From a bacterium (GTDB lineage Bacteria > Sysuimicrobiota > Sysuimicrobiia > Sysuimicrobiales > Humicultoraceae), in NCBI GenBank assembly GCA_041497675.1, contig JBGQGY010000060.1, positions 1-21,541 of the forward strand: a DNA stretch of 21,541 nt. The letters run 5' to 3'. The notes under the pieces are model-generated. The model worked only from the letters and a program-made list of their open reading frames with translations. It had not been told where the DNA came from and ran no database searches. Positions 1 through 7,875 of this stretch are shown in pieces (the stretch's first letter is position 1; each line of letters opens with the position of its first letter). A program made the translations under genes and the position numbers.

Positions 1-503
1 ACCATGGCTAGACAGGTCTCGGTAAACCCGCCGTGGTCGGGACCCAACTTCCACTCGGGCATCAAGGCGATCGCCAGACGATACCAGAGCGGAAACGCGA
101 AGAGCATCCCCAGTTCCTCGCGCAACTGGACCGCCACGCGGTTCATGACCGCCAGGTTCGTGCCGTGCCCCGTCAGCATGACGACGCGGCGGATACCCCA
201 CTTGTGCAGACAGCGCACGACGTCCTCGACGACGTGCCGGAGCGTCTCGTGGCCGATGGAAATCGTCCCCGGGAAATCCATCATGCCGTGAGCCCAGCCG
301 TAGGGCATGACCGGCGCCAGGATTACCCGGGCCTGCTCCGCAACTCTGCGGCTTACCTCCCATGCGGCCATCCAGTCGGTACCCAGCGGATTGTGGGGAC
401 CGTGGCTCTCGACCGCACCAAGCGGCAGAATGGCCGTGTCGGTTTCTTTGAATGCCGCCTCGGCCTCTTTCCAGCTCAGGGCGGCAAGCTCGCTCGTGCG
501 CAA
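1..503 (-). CDS. Creatininase / creatinine amidohydrolase family protein (partial, runs off the window start)
   Basis: Not in the ORF track because there is no stop in the window. Manual translation from TTG at 503, with SD GGAGGT at 514-509, gives MRTSELAALSWKEAEAAFKETDTAILPLGAVESHGPHNPLGTDWM...PYG...FPGTIS...LTGHGTN...DHGGFTETCLAM. This matches the family motifs GxxExHGPHxPxxTD, FPGTIS, (N)GHGxN and HxGxxET. Confidence 0.9.
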   Translation of the reverse strand, partial: MRTSELAALSWKEAEAAFKETDTAILPLGAVESHGPHNPLGTDWMAAWEVSRRVAEQARVILAPVMPYGWAHGMMDFPGTISIGHETLRHVVEDVVRCLHKWGIRRVVMLTGHGTNLAVMNRVAVQLREELGMLFAFPLWYRLAIALMPEWKLGPDHGGFTETCLAM

Positions 504-537
504 TCGACACCTCCATTGAAATGTTGTCAGCGACACT

Positions 538-1692
538 CTACCGGGAAATGCGTCGTTGCGCGAAGAACTCCACGACCCCGTCCGCCACCCGCTCCAGCAT
601 CTCAGACGTCATGTGTGGGCCGCCGGGCAGCGACAGGTTCTCCCGGCAGAGCCGCTCCGCCGTGGGGAATTGGCCGACCTTCGTGCCGTACCGCTCCCGC
701 ACGGGCTGCATGAGGTGGAGTGGCGCCGGGTAGTGGATGCTCGTCTCGATGCCGCGCCCACTCAGGTGCGCGCGCAGCGCGTCGCGATCAGGCGTCCAGA
801 CGACGTAGTGCAGGTACGACGGGTTCGCCCAGGGGCGCGCCGGCGGCAACTGAAGCGGTAGCCCGGCATCGCGGAAGCGCGCCGTGTAATAGGCGGCCGC
901 CGCCCGCCGCTTGGTCAGGAACTCGCCCAGCATCCGCAGCTGAATCCGCCCCAGGGCCGCGCAGATCTCGGTCAGGTGCATGTTGTATCCGATCCACTTC
1001 TGGTCGTACCACGACGCGTCGCGTCGCCGGATGAAACTGATGTCCTCGTCCCGCATCCGCCCTTGGTCGCGCAGGCTGGCAATGTCTTCGGCCAGCGCGC
1101 GATCGCTCGTCAACGCCGCGCCGCCGGGGCCAAAGACCGTGATCATCTTGCCGGAGAAGCTCAAGAATCCGACCAGCCCCAACCCGCCGACCGGGCGCCC
1201 TTTGTATTCGGCGCCCAGCGCGTGCGCCGCATCTTCGACCACTGCCAGCTTGCGCGTCGCCGCCGCCTCGTTGACCGCGTCCATGTCGCAGGGGAAGCCG
1301 TACGCGTGCATCGGGACCACCGCGCGGGTCCGCGGGGTCACCGCAGCCGATACGGCCGCCGGGATCAGGTTCGCCGTATCCGGCTCGGCCTCGACGAAGA
1401 CCGGTGTGGCTCCGGCCTTGACGACAGCGGCCAGGACACCGACGTACGCGTTGGCCGCCATGATGACCTCGTCGCCCTGCCCAACCCCGAGCGCGTCGAG
1501 CGCCAGCAGCATCGCGGACGTCCCCGAGTTGGTGGTGACCCCATACCGTGTTCCACACCATTGGGCGAGTTCGATCTCAAAGCGCTGTGTATCCTCGCCG
1601 CCGTATGAGATGCCGGTGTTGAGGACGGCGATGGCCTTCTCACGGATCTCGTCGGTGGCAATCATGGCGCGGTACGGAATCTTGGTCAGCAT
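538..1692 (-). CDS. DegT/DnrJ/EryC1/StrS family PLP-dependent aminotransferase
   Basis: 384 aa with motifs NSGTSA, GDEVI, GATPVFVE, HAYG, VEDAAHALGA, Schiff-base Lys in SFSGK, GYN, HYPxPLH and LSLP. Confidence 0.93.
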   Translation of the reverse strand: MLTKIPYRAMIATDEIREKAIAVLNTGISYGGEDTQRFEIELAQWCGTRYGVTTNSGTSAMLLALDALGVGQGDEVIMAANAYVGVLAAVVKAGATPVFVEAEPDTANLIPAAVSAAVTPRTRAVVPMHAYGFPCDMDAVNEAAATRKLAVVEDAAHALGAEYKGRPVGGLGLVGFLSFSGKMITVFGPGGAALTSDRALAEDIASLRDQGRMRDEDISFIRRRDASWYDQKWIGYNMHLTEICAALGRIQLRMLGEFLTKRRAAAAYYTARFRDAGLPLQLPPARPWANPSYLHYVVWTPDRDALRAHLSGRGIETSIHYPAPLHLMQPVRERYGTKVGQFPTAERLCRENLSLPGGPHMTSEMLERVADGVVEFFAQRRISR

Positions 1693-1812
1693 GTGGAGGC
1701 CTCAGCAGGGGGTCGACGACGACGAACCGAAATCAGTCGGTCGATTCCTTCTCTCAAATTCGTCGGGGCCGAAAACGCCTCCTCCACCACCCTCTATGAA
1801 GGGGCGCAGTTG

Positions 1813-2805
1813 ATGAACATCCTCGTGACCGGCGCGTGCGGGCGTATTGGATCGCATGTCGTCCGGCAACTGCTGGCGCGCGGGATCGATGTCGTGGGCA
1901 TCGACAGCGTCGTGCACGCAGGACACCTGGGCGAACTCAGCGGGCGCCTACCGCTGCGGACCGTGGACGTCCAGGATCTTGCCGGATTGCTGCGCGCCGT
2001 CACCGCCGAAAAGGTCCACCGCATCATCCATCTCGCGGCGGCCATCGGTGATCAGTACGACACGCAGCCTTGGGGGTCGTACCAGGTCAACTTGGGCGGC
2101 ACCCTCAACGTACTCGAGGCCGCCCGTCTTGCGGCCGTCGAGCGCGTCGTCGCGGCCAGTACGCACAACATCTACCCGAGGGCGTATGGCGTCTATGGCC
2201 CGCCAGAGTGGCGCCCGATCTCGGAGGATCATCCACCGGATCCCAGGCGGCCGTACGCCGTCATGAAGCTCGCCGGCGAGTACATGGGTCGGATCTATGC
2301 GGAGCAGATGAACGTCGATTTCGCCGCGGTGCGTTTTGCCAGCTACTACGGCGCCGAGCGCGCGATCCGGCGAGGGAACAAGTTCCCGGACCTGCTGAAC
2401 CGGTTCATCCTCGACGCCGTCGAAGGCGTGCCAACCGTCGTGGACCGCGGGGGCGACCAGGTCTTCGATCCCGTCTATATCAAGGACTGCGCCCACGGTG
2501 TGATCTGCGCGACGCTCGCCCCCGAACCTCGCGAAGGGCGTGTGTACAACATCGGCGGGGGCCGGCCCGTCTCGCTCCGCGCCTCCGCCGACGCAGTGGG
2601 GCGGGTGCTGCCGTCGGCGCGCATCCAGGTTGGCCCAGGTGTGGACGGTGCGCCCGGCGGCCAGGCCCACCATCCGCCGCTCGACATCACCCGCGCCAAA
2701 ACGGAGATCGGGTACGCGCCTCAATTCACGCTCGAACAGGGCATCGCCGATTGTGCCCGTGAGTTGACGGCGCTCCTGCGGGATCGCTCCGGCAAGTACG
2801 GGTAA
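1813..2805 (+). CDS. NAD-dependent epimerase/dehydratase family protein (extended SDR)
   Basis: Start moved to ATG 1813, which has a purine-rich SD GAAGGGG at 1798-1804 and begins MNILVTGACGRIG (GxxGxxG). Also IIHLAA, VNLGGTLNVLEAA, catalytic Ser in AAST, YAVMK (YxxxK), VYIKDCA and VYNIGGG. Confidence 0.92.
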   Translation: MNILVTGACGRIGSHVVRQLLARGIDVVGIDSVVHAGHLGELSGRLPLRTVDVQDLAGLLRAVTAEKVHRIIHLAAAIGDQYDTQPWGSYQVNLGGTLNVLEAARLAAVERVVAASTHNIYPRAYGVYGPPEWRPISEDHPPDPRRPYAVMKLAGEYMGRIYAEQMNVDFAAVRFASYYGAERAIRRGNKFPDLLNRFILDAVEGVPTVVDRGGDQVFDPVYIKDCAHGVICATLAPEPREGRVYNIGGGRPVSLRASADAVGRVLPSARIQVGPGVDGAPGGQAHHPPLDITRAKTEIGYAPQFTLEQGIADCARELTALLRDRSGKYG

Positions 2806-2819
2806 GCGGCGACTCGCCC

Positions 2820-3917
2820 TCAAACCCGAAAGAAGGCTGCGATCTGTTCGATGACGTAGTCCACTTCGGCGTCACCCAGCCCGGGATGGCAGGGAAGCGA
2901 AAGACACTCGCCACTCAGTGCCTCAGTAATCGGGAAGGCGCCCTGTCGGTAGGTCAGGCGATCGCGAAACGCCCGGTGAAGATACGCGGGCGGGTCGTAG
3001 TGGACGCGCGCGTCCACCCCGCGGTCCACCAGATGCTGGCGAAGCGCGTCACGATCAGACAACCGGACCACAAAGTGCAAATAGGAATGATTGGCGTACG
3101 GCCGCACCGCCTGCACGCGGACCGGCAGTCCCCGATTCGCGATGTGCTGCCGGTACCGCGCAGCGTTGGCGCGCCGACGGGCGTTCCAGCCTTCGAGCAG
3201 ACCCAACTGGAAATTCGCGACCGCGGCCACGAACTCGGTCAGCCGAAAATTGTAACCGAGCGCGTGGGTCTCGTATGAGCCCTGGCGGCCGTGGTACCGG
3301 CGGAGCGCGATGTCGGCGGCCATGTCCGCGTCGCGCGTGACCACGGCACCACCCACTCCACAGGCAGAGATTCCCTTGTTGCTGAAGGCGAAGATCCCAA
3401 TGTCTCCAAGGCCCCCAGCCGCGCGCGCATTGTAGTGCGCGCCGAGCGCGTGCGCTGCATCTTCGATGACCCGGACTCCGTGCCGGCCTGCCAGGCTTAG
3501 GAGCGGGTCCATGTCCACGGGATGACCGTACGTATGCTGTACGACCAGGGCGCGCGTCCGCGGGCTGATGCCCTCTTCCACCCGGCCGACGTCGATGTTG
3601 CCCGTGTCCTCCTCGACGTCGATCATGATGGGGATCCCGCCGAGCAACAGGACGGCCTCGGGTACCGCCGCATAGACGTTCGCCGGCATGACGATCTCGT
3701 CACCGGCGTTGATGCCGCACGCGTGCAGGGCAAGGAGGATGCCGGAACTCCCCGAACTGACCGCCACCGCATGGGGCACCTGGCAGAGGTTCGCAAGTTT
3801 GGCTTCCAGGGCCTTCGTGTACGGGCCAAAGTAGTGGATGCGGCCCTCGACGACGTCCTGGACGTCGCGCAGCAGCTCCGCGGGTACTGGATACGGAAAC
3901 ATATAGGAGATCTTCAT
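2820..3917 (-). CDS. DegT/DnrJ/EryC1/StrS family PLP-dependent aminotransferase
   Basis: Start moved to ATG 3917 (SD-like GAGGGG, avoids overlap with the permease), 365 aa. Motifs SSGSSG, GDEIVMP, HTYG, IEDAAHALGA, Lys in AFSNK, GYNFRL, HY and LSLP. Confidence 0.93.
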   Translation of the reverse strand: MKISYMFPYPVPAELLRDVQDVVEGRIHYFGPYTKALEAKLANLCQVPHAVAVSSGSSGILLALHACGINAGDEIVMPANVYAAVPEAVLLLGGIPIMIDVEEDTGNIDVGRVEEGISPRTRALVVQHTYGHPVDMDPLLSLAGRHGVRVIEDAAHALGAHYNARAAGGLGDIGIFAFSNKGISACGVGGAVVTRDADMAADIALRRYHGRQGSYETHALGYNFRLTEFVAAVANFQLGLLEGWNARRRANAARYRQHIANRGLPVRVQAVRPYANHSYLHFVVRLSDRDALRQHLVDRGVDARVHYDPPAYLHRAFRDRLTYRQGAFPITEALSGECLSLPCHPGLGDAEVDYVIEQIAAFFRV

Positions 3918-3921
3918 GCGC

Positions 3922-4773
3922 TCACGTCCCCTCAGCCCGGAGCCGAGGATCGAGCGCGTCCCGAAGCCCGTCACCAAAAAGGTTCAGGCCCAACACCAGC
4001 GCCATGATCGCAAGCCCCGGCACCAGCGACATCCAGGGCGCCAGCAGGAGGAACTTCTGGCCCTCCGCCACCATGCTGCCCCACGATGGAGCCGGTGGGC
4101 GGATGCCCAGGCCGAGGAAGCTCAGGCTCGCCTCCGACAGGATCGCGACGGAGACCCGCAATGACATCAGCACGATGAGCGCGGGCCAAACGTTTGGGAG
4201 CAGATGCCGCACGATGATCCTGAGATGGGAAGCACCCAGGCCGCGCGCGGCGTCGACGTAGTCGAACAGTTTGATCCGCAAGACCTCGCCACGGACGATG
4301 CGGCCAAACTGCGGGATATTGGCCACCCCAATGGCCACGACCAGATTGCCCACCCCCCGACCCAGCACCGCGACAAGTGTAATTGCCAGCAGGAGCGTGG
4401 GAAACGCCATCATGATGTCCATCGCGCGCATGAGGGCGTGGTCTGGCGCGCCGCCCGAATACCCGGCCGCAAACCCCACCAGCGAGCCGATCAGAGCGCC
4501 GATCACGATCGACGCCGCCGCAACGCCCAGCGAGACCCGGCTGCCCCAGACGATCCGGCTCAAGATATCCCGGCCAAAGTCGTCGGTTCCCAGCAGGTAC
4601 GGCTGGCCTGGCGGTTTCATGCGCCGGCTCAAGTCCTGATCCACGGGATCATGCGGCGCGAGCATGGGAGCCAGCAGGGCGACGGCGAGCACCCCAAACA
4701 CGACGGCGCCACCACACGCCGCGCTCCGGCGCCGCAGCAGGCCTCTGACGGCGCGGCCCCAGTCTCCGCGCAT
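3922..4773 (-). CDS. Peptide/nickel-type ABC transporter permease, DppC/OppC-like
   Basis: LGTDDFGRDILSR, GSRVSL, EAA-loop variant YVDAARGLGAS, RHLLPN, EASLSFLGLG, PSWG and GDGLRDALDPR. Confidence 0.95.
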   Translation of the reverse strand: MRGDWGRAVRGLLRRRSAACGGAVVFGVLAVALLAPMLAPHDPVDQDLSRRMKPPGQPYLLGTDDFGRDILSRIVWGSRVSLGVAAASIVIGALIGSLVGFAAGYSGGAPDHALMRAMDIMMAFPTLLLAITLVAVLGRGVGNLVVAIGVANIPQFGRIVRGEVLRIKLFDYVDAARGLGASHLRIIVRHLLPNVWPALIVLMSLRVSVAILSEASLSFLGLGIRPPAPSWGSMVAEGQKFLLLAPWMSLVPGLAIMALVLGLNLFGDGLRDALDPRLRAEGT

Positions 4774-4775
4774 CT

Positions 4776-5726
4776 CTAGCTGAACTTCATACGCGGGTCG
4801 ATCGCCGCGTACGCCAGGTCGGTCAGAAAGTTGACGAAGATGACACCGGCCGCAAAAAGCATGACGCAGCCCTGCACCACAGGGTAGTCACGGTTGAAGA
4901 CCGCGTCGATCATCGTCTTCCCTAGGCCGGGCCGAGCGAACACCGTTTCGATGATCACCGTCCCGCCGACCAGATAGGCGAGATCGAGCCCGATCACGGT
5001 CACGATCGGCATCGCGGCGTTGCGGAGGCCGTGCCGGTACACCACCAGCCGCTCCGAAAGACCCTTGGCGCGGGCTGTCCGAATGTAGTCCTGACCCAAC
5101 ACTTCCAGCGTCGCCGATCGGCTCATGCGGGCCAGCAGCGCAGCGGAGCGTGCGCCGATAGCAACGGACGGCAGGATCAGGTAATAGAGTTCGACCGGCA
5201 GGTTGCCTGGAGGTCCGCCCCCAAACATGGGCAGGACCGGCACCTTGTAGGCCAGCAGGTAGATCAGCAGGATGCTGAACCAAAAGCTCGGCGCGGACAG
5301 CCAGACCACGGCCAGCGTCATCACACCGTAGTCGAGCGACGTGTTGCGGTGCAGTGCCGCTGCGACGCCCGCCGGCACGCCGATGAGCACGGCCAGGCTC
5401 ACACCGCAGGCCGCCAGCATCAGTGTCGGCCGAAGATGCGGTGTGATCACACTGACAACCGGACGGTTGTTCAGCAGCGAGAAGCCAAGGTCGCCCTGAA
5501 GGATCTTGCGAAGATAGTACAGGTATTGAACGGCGATCGGCTTATCGAGCCCGTAGTCACGCTTGATGGCCTCGATCGTCGCCTTGGGGGTGATATCCTT
5601 GAAGTCGCCGAGAATAATGTCGATGGGTGTTCCCGGGGCCAGGCGGATGACAACAAACACCAGGGTGACCGCGCCCACGAGCGCGGGCGCTACCAAGAAG
5701 AACCGTTTGATCAGGAAGGCGAGCAA
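4776..5726 (-). CDS. Peptide/nickel-type ABC transporter permease, DppB/OppB-like
   Basis: GLDKP..VQY, GDLGFS, PSFW, DYIRTARAKGL, HGLRNA, ETVFARPGLG, RDYPVVQG and DPR. TTG start. Confidence 0.95.
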   Translation of the reverse strand: MLAFLIKRFFLVAPALVGAVTLVFVVIRLAPGTPIDIILGDFKDITPKATIEAIKRDYGLDKPIAVQYLYYLRKILQGDLGFSLLNNRPVVSVITPHLRPTLMLAACGVSLAVLIGVPAGVAAALHRNTSLDYGVMTLAVVWLSAPSFWFSILLIYLLAYKVPVLPMFGGGPPGNLPVELYYLILPSVAIGARSAALLARMSRSATLEVLGQDYIRTARAKGLSERLVVYRHGLRNAAMPIVTVIGLDLAYLVGGTVIIETVFARPGLGKTMIDAVFNRDYPVVQGCVMLFAAGVIFVNFLTDLAYAAIDPRMKFS

Positions 5727-5738
5727 TATCCGCAGCGC

Positions 5739-7292
5739 CTACTGGGTGATATCCATCAGCTCCCAGTACCACAGCCAATAGTGCGTGTTTGGCACGTCCC
5801 CCGTCACACCTTTGCGGAACGCGGTCACGTAGTAGGGCCGGTAGACCGGGATGATGGGCAGCTCGCTCGAGATCCGCAGCTGGATCTGCCGCAGGATGGT
5901 CTTCCGCTTCTCAGGGTCGACTTCCCGGCGCTGGGCACGGATGAGACTGTCGATACGGCCGTAGAAATTGGGCACCGAGTCCGACTGCAGCGGGAGCAGG
6001 AACTGGTCAGGCGCGATGCGGGTCGGTCCGGTGATGAGGAAATCAAAGTCCCCTGAGTCGCGCCGCGCTCCGTAGGGCGCGTTGCCAAGTTCGTCGAGGG
6101 TCACCGGTATGCCGGCCTTGGTCCAGTATCCTCGGACGGCCTGGGCGAACGACCGGTCTACCGCCCGGAACACGAGCACCAGCGGCCGCATGCCGCCGGC
6201 GAGCCCGGCCTCGGCCAGCAACGCCCGGGCGCGTTCTGGATTGTACGGGAACGACGGCGCGTCATCGATGTGGCCAAACACGCCGGGCGGGATTTCGCTC
6301 CACATCCCCTCGACCGTGCCCATCCCCTCCTCGACGGTGTCGACGAGCTCCTTTTGATTGATGGCATGCGAGAGCGCGCGGCGCAACCGCACGTCGGTGA
6401 GCGGGGGGCGCTGCGTATTGGCCCACAGGCTTCGCCGACCCAGGGTCGGCGTCGCCGTATACGCGAGCCGGGGGTCGTTGCGAATCAACTTGAAGGCCTC
6501 TGCCGTACGAATCGGAGCGTAGTCCAGTTCGCCCTTGCTCATGGCGAGCGCGATCACGGTCTCTTCGGGGATAATCTTGAAGACGACGCGGTCGATATGC
6601 GAACGGCTGCCCGCCCGGCGCGCACCGGCCCGGAACGTCCCGAAGTACTCGGGGTGCGTCGCAAAGACGATCTCCTGCCGCGGAGAGAACCGATCCAGCA
6701 TGTATGGCCCGGTGCCGATCGCCGCGGTGGCGCCAAACTGCGCACCAAACTGATCCACCGCCTTCTGGCTAACGATGTAGCCCGGCCTGAACGCCAGGAC
6801 GGCCGGCAGAAAGTCGGCGTAGGGCTCGATCAAGTGTAGCCGGACCTGGTAATCGTCGACGATCTCGATCTCGCGGATCAACTTCATCAGGGGCGCGTAT
6901 GGCGAGCGCAGCCGTGGATCTGCTACGCGTTCGAACGAGAACTTCACATCGCGCGCGGTGAAATCGCCAAACCCCTTGTGGAACTTGACGCCTTTCCGCA
7001 GCCAGAAGGTGTACGTCAGTCCGTCTTTGGACACGTCGTAGCGCTCGGCCAGATCGGGCTCGACCTCTAGCCCGTTGGGCTTGTACCGGACCAGGCCGTT
7101 GTACATGTTCATGGCCAGCGGATAGTCGGGCATCTGGGTGATCCTGGGCGGGTCTAGCGTCGTGAAGTCCGCCGTGTAGCCCATCCTAAGAATCTTCTCG
7201 CCGGTGGTTTGCGCCAGCGGAGCGCCGGCCGGCACCAACACCAGCAGAACAACGGCCACCAGGCTCAATCGGCGCCGGAGATCGTTCCGCAT
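5739..7292 (-). CDS. ABC transporter substrate-binding protein, family 5 (DppA/OppA-like)
   Basis: ATG 7292 is preceded by SD GAGGGAGG at 7308-7301 (alternative start 7310). Sec-type signal peptide ending APLA-Q, TLDP, PDLAE, YTFWLRKGVKFH, FTARDVKFSF, GTGPY, DVRLRRALSHAI and YNPERARALLAEAG. Confidence 0.95.
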   Translation of the reverse strand: MRNDLRRRLSLVAVVLLVLVPAGAPLAQTTGEKILRMGYTADFTTLDPPRITQMPDYPLAMNMYNGLVRYKPNGLEVEPDLAERYDVSKDGLTYTFWLRKGVKFHKGFGDFTARDVKFSFERVADPRLRSPYAPLMKLIREIEIVDDYQVRLHLIEPYADFLPAVLAFRPGYIVSQKAVDQFGAQFGATAAIGTGPYMLDRFSPRQEIVFATHPEYFGTFRAGARRAGSRSHIDRVVFKIIPEETVIALAMSKGELDYAPIRTAEAFKLIRNDPRLAYTATPTLGRRSLWANTQRPPLTDVRLRRALSHAINQKELVDTVEEGMGTVEGMWSEIPPGVFGHIDDAPSFPYNPERARALLAEAGLAGGMRPLVLVFRAVDRSFAQAVRGYWTKAGIPVTLDELGNAPYGARRDSGDFDFLITGPTRIAPDQFLLPLQSDSVPNFYGRIDSLIRAQRREVDPEKRKTILRQIQLRISSELPIIPVYRPYYVTAFRKGVTGDVPNTHYWLWYWELMDITQ

Positions 7293-7321
7293 CCGTCCCG
7301 CCTCCCTCATGCTTGGGCCTC

Positions 7322-7713
7322 CTATTGCGCGCGCACGACCGCGGCGCCAAAGAACGTCCTGATGTGTCCCGCAACCCGGTGGATGTCGTCCTCGGACACG
7401 TGCGGGGCAACAGGCAGAGAAAGCACCCGCTCGCAGAACCGCTCGGCCGAAGGCGCCGTGCCCCGTTTGAACCCGAACCGACTCGCGAAAGCGGCGTGAA
7501 GGTGGATCGGCAGCGGGTAGTGCATTTTCGCCTCAACGCCCTTGCTCACCAGATAGTCCCGAAGGCTCTCGCGCGCATCGGTGCGGATGCGAGCCCTACT
7601 TCGAGCGCGCGCGTATGCGGCCCAAGGTAGTGAATGTTGTCATCCATCACCTGCAGGGCCTGTTGTTTGACGTTGTCAGGAACGACGTACCGGTGGAAAT
7701 ACTGCAACCACAT
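7322..7713 (-). pseudogene. DegT-family aminotransferase pseudogene with a large out-of-frame internal deletion
   Basis: ATG 7713 reads MWLQYFHRYVVPDNVKQQALQVMDDNIHYLGPHTRALEVGLA, colinear with residues 1-42 of the 2820-3917 paralogue. At about 7588-7590 the sequence continues in another frame as IRTDARESLRDYLVSKGVEAKMHYPLPIHLH...LSLP...FF, matching paralogue residues ~284 to the end. The first frame stops at TGA 7548-7546. Confidence 0.88.
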
Positions 7714-7815
7714 CCAGGTCACCCGTCACGGATCGTTGGTGGACCCGTGCAACGGCGGCATTCCATTTGCGCCAAGTGATTCCTGCTACATCTCGTGGCA
7801 AGCTAAAAGGGATTC

Positions 7816-7831
7816 TCGAACGGGTTTTCGA
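7816..7831. promoter_or_regulatory. Imperfect palindrome TCGAACGGGTTTTCGA in a divergent intergenic region (candidate operator, LexA-box-like)
   Basis: Inverted repeat TCGAA-N6-TTCGA between the divergent starts at 7713 and 7876. It is one mismatch from TCGAAC-N4-GTTCGA. Confidence 0.3.
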
Positions 7832-7875
7832 AATTGTTCACTGCCGTGTCTTCGTGGAAGAAACGTCAGGAGCGC

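Noticed and set aside
33..713. 226-aa plus-strand ORF and other short ORFs at the window start
   Set aside because: These are antisense shadows of the creatininase and DegT genes and have no recognisable motifs.
1720..1765. Short inverted repeats (ACCGA-N6-TCGGT and CGACGAA...TTCGTCG) in the first divergent gap
   Set aside because: Arms of 5-7 bp are expected by chance, and no matching copy was found in the other promoter regions.
538..3917. Interpretation as an O-antigen, capsule or NDP-sugar biosynthesis locus (DegT + epimerase)
   Set aside because: No glycosyltransferase, nucleotidyltransferase, flippase or polymerase is in the window, and the neighbours are importers and hydrolases. Genes beyond the left edge cannot be seen.
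7546..7713. Programmed frameshift or a functional mini-protein at the DegT remnant
   Set aside because: There is no slippery sequence at the junction, and restoring the frame would still leave the PLP-binding core missing.
7727..7749. Imperfect hairpin CACGGATC...GACCCGTG upstream of the pseudogene, considered as a riboswitch or terminator
   Set aside because: It is short and mismatched, has no U-tract, and shows no recognisable aptamer motif.
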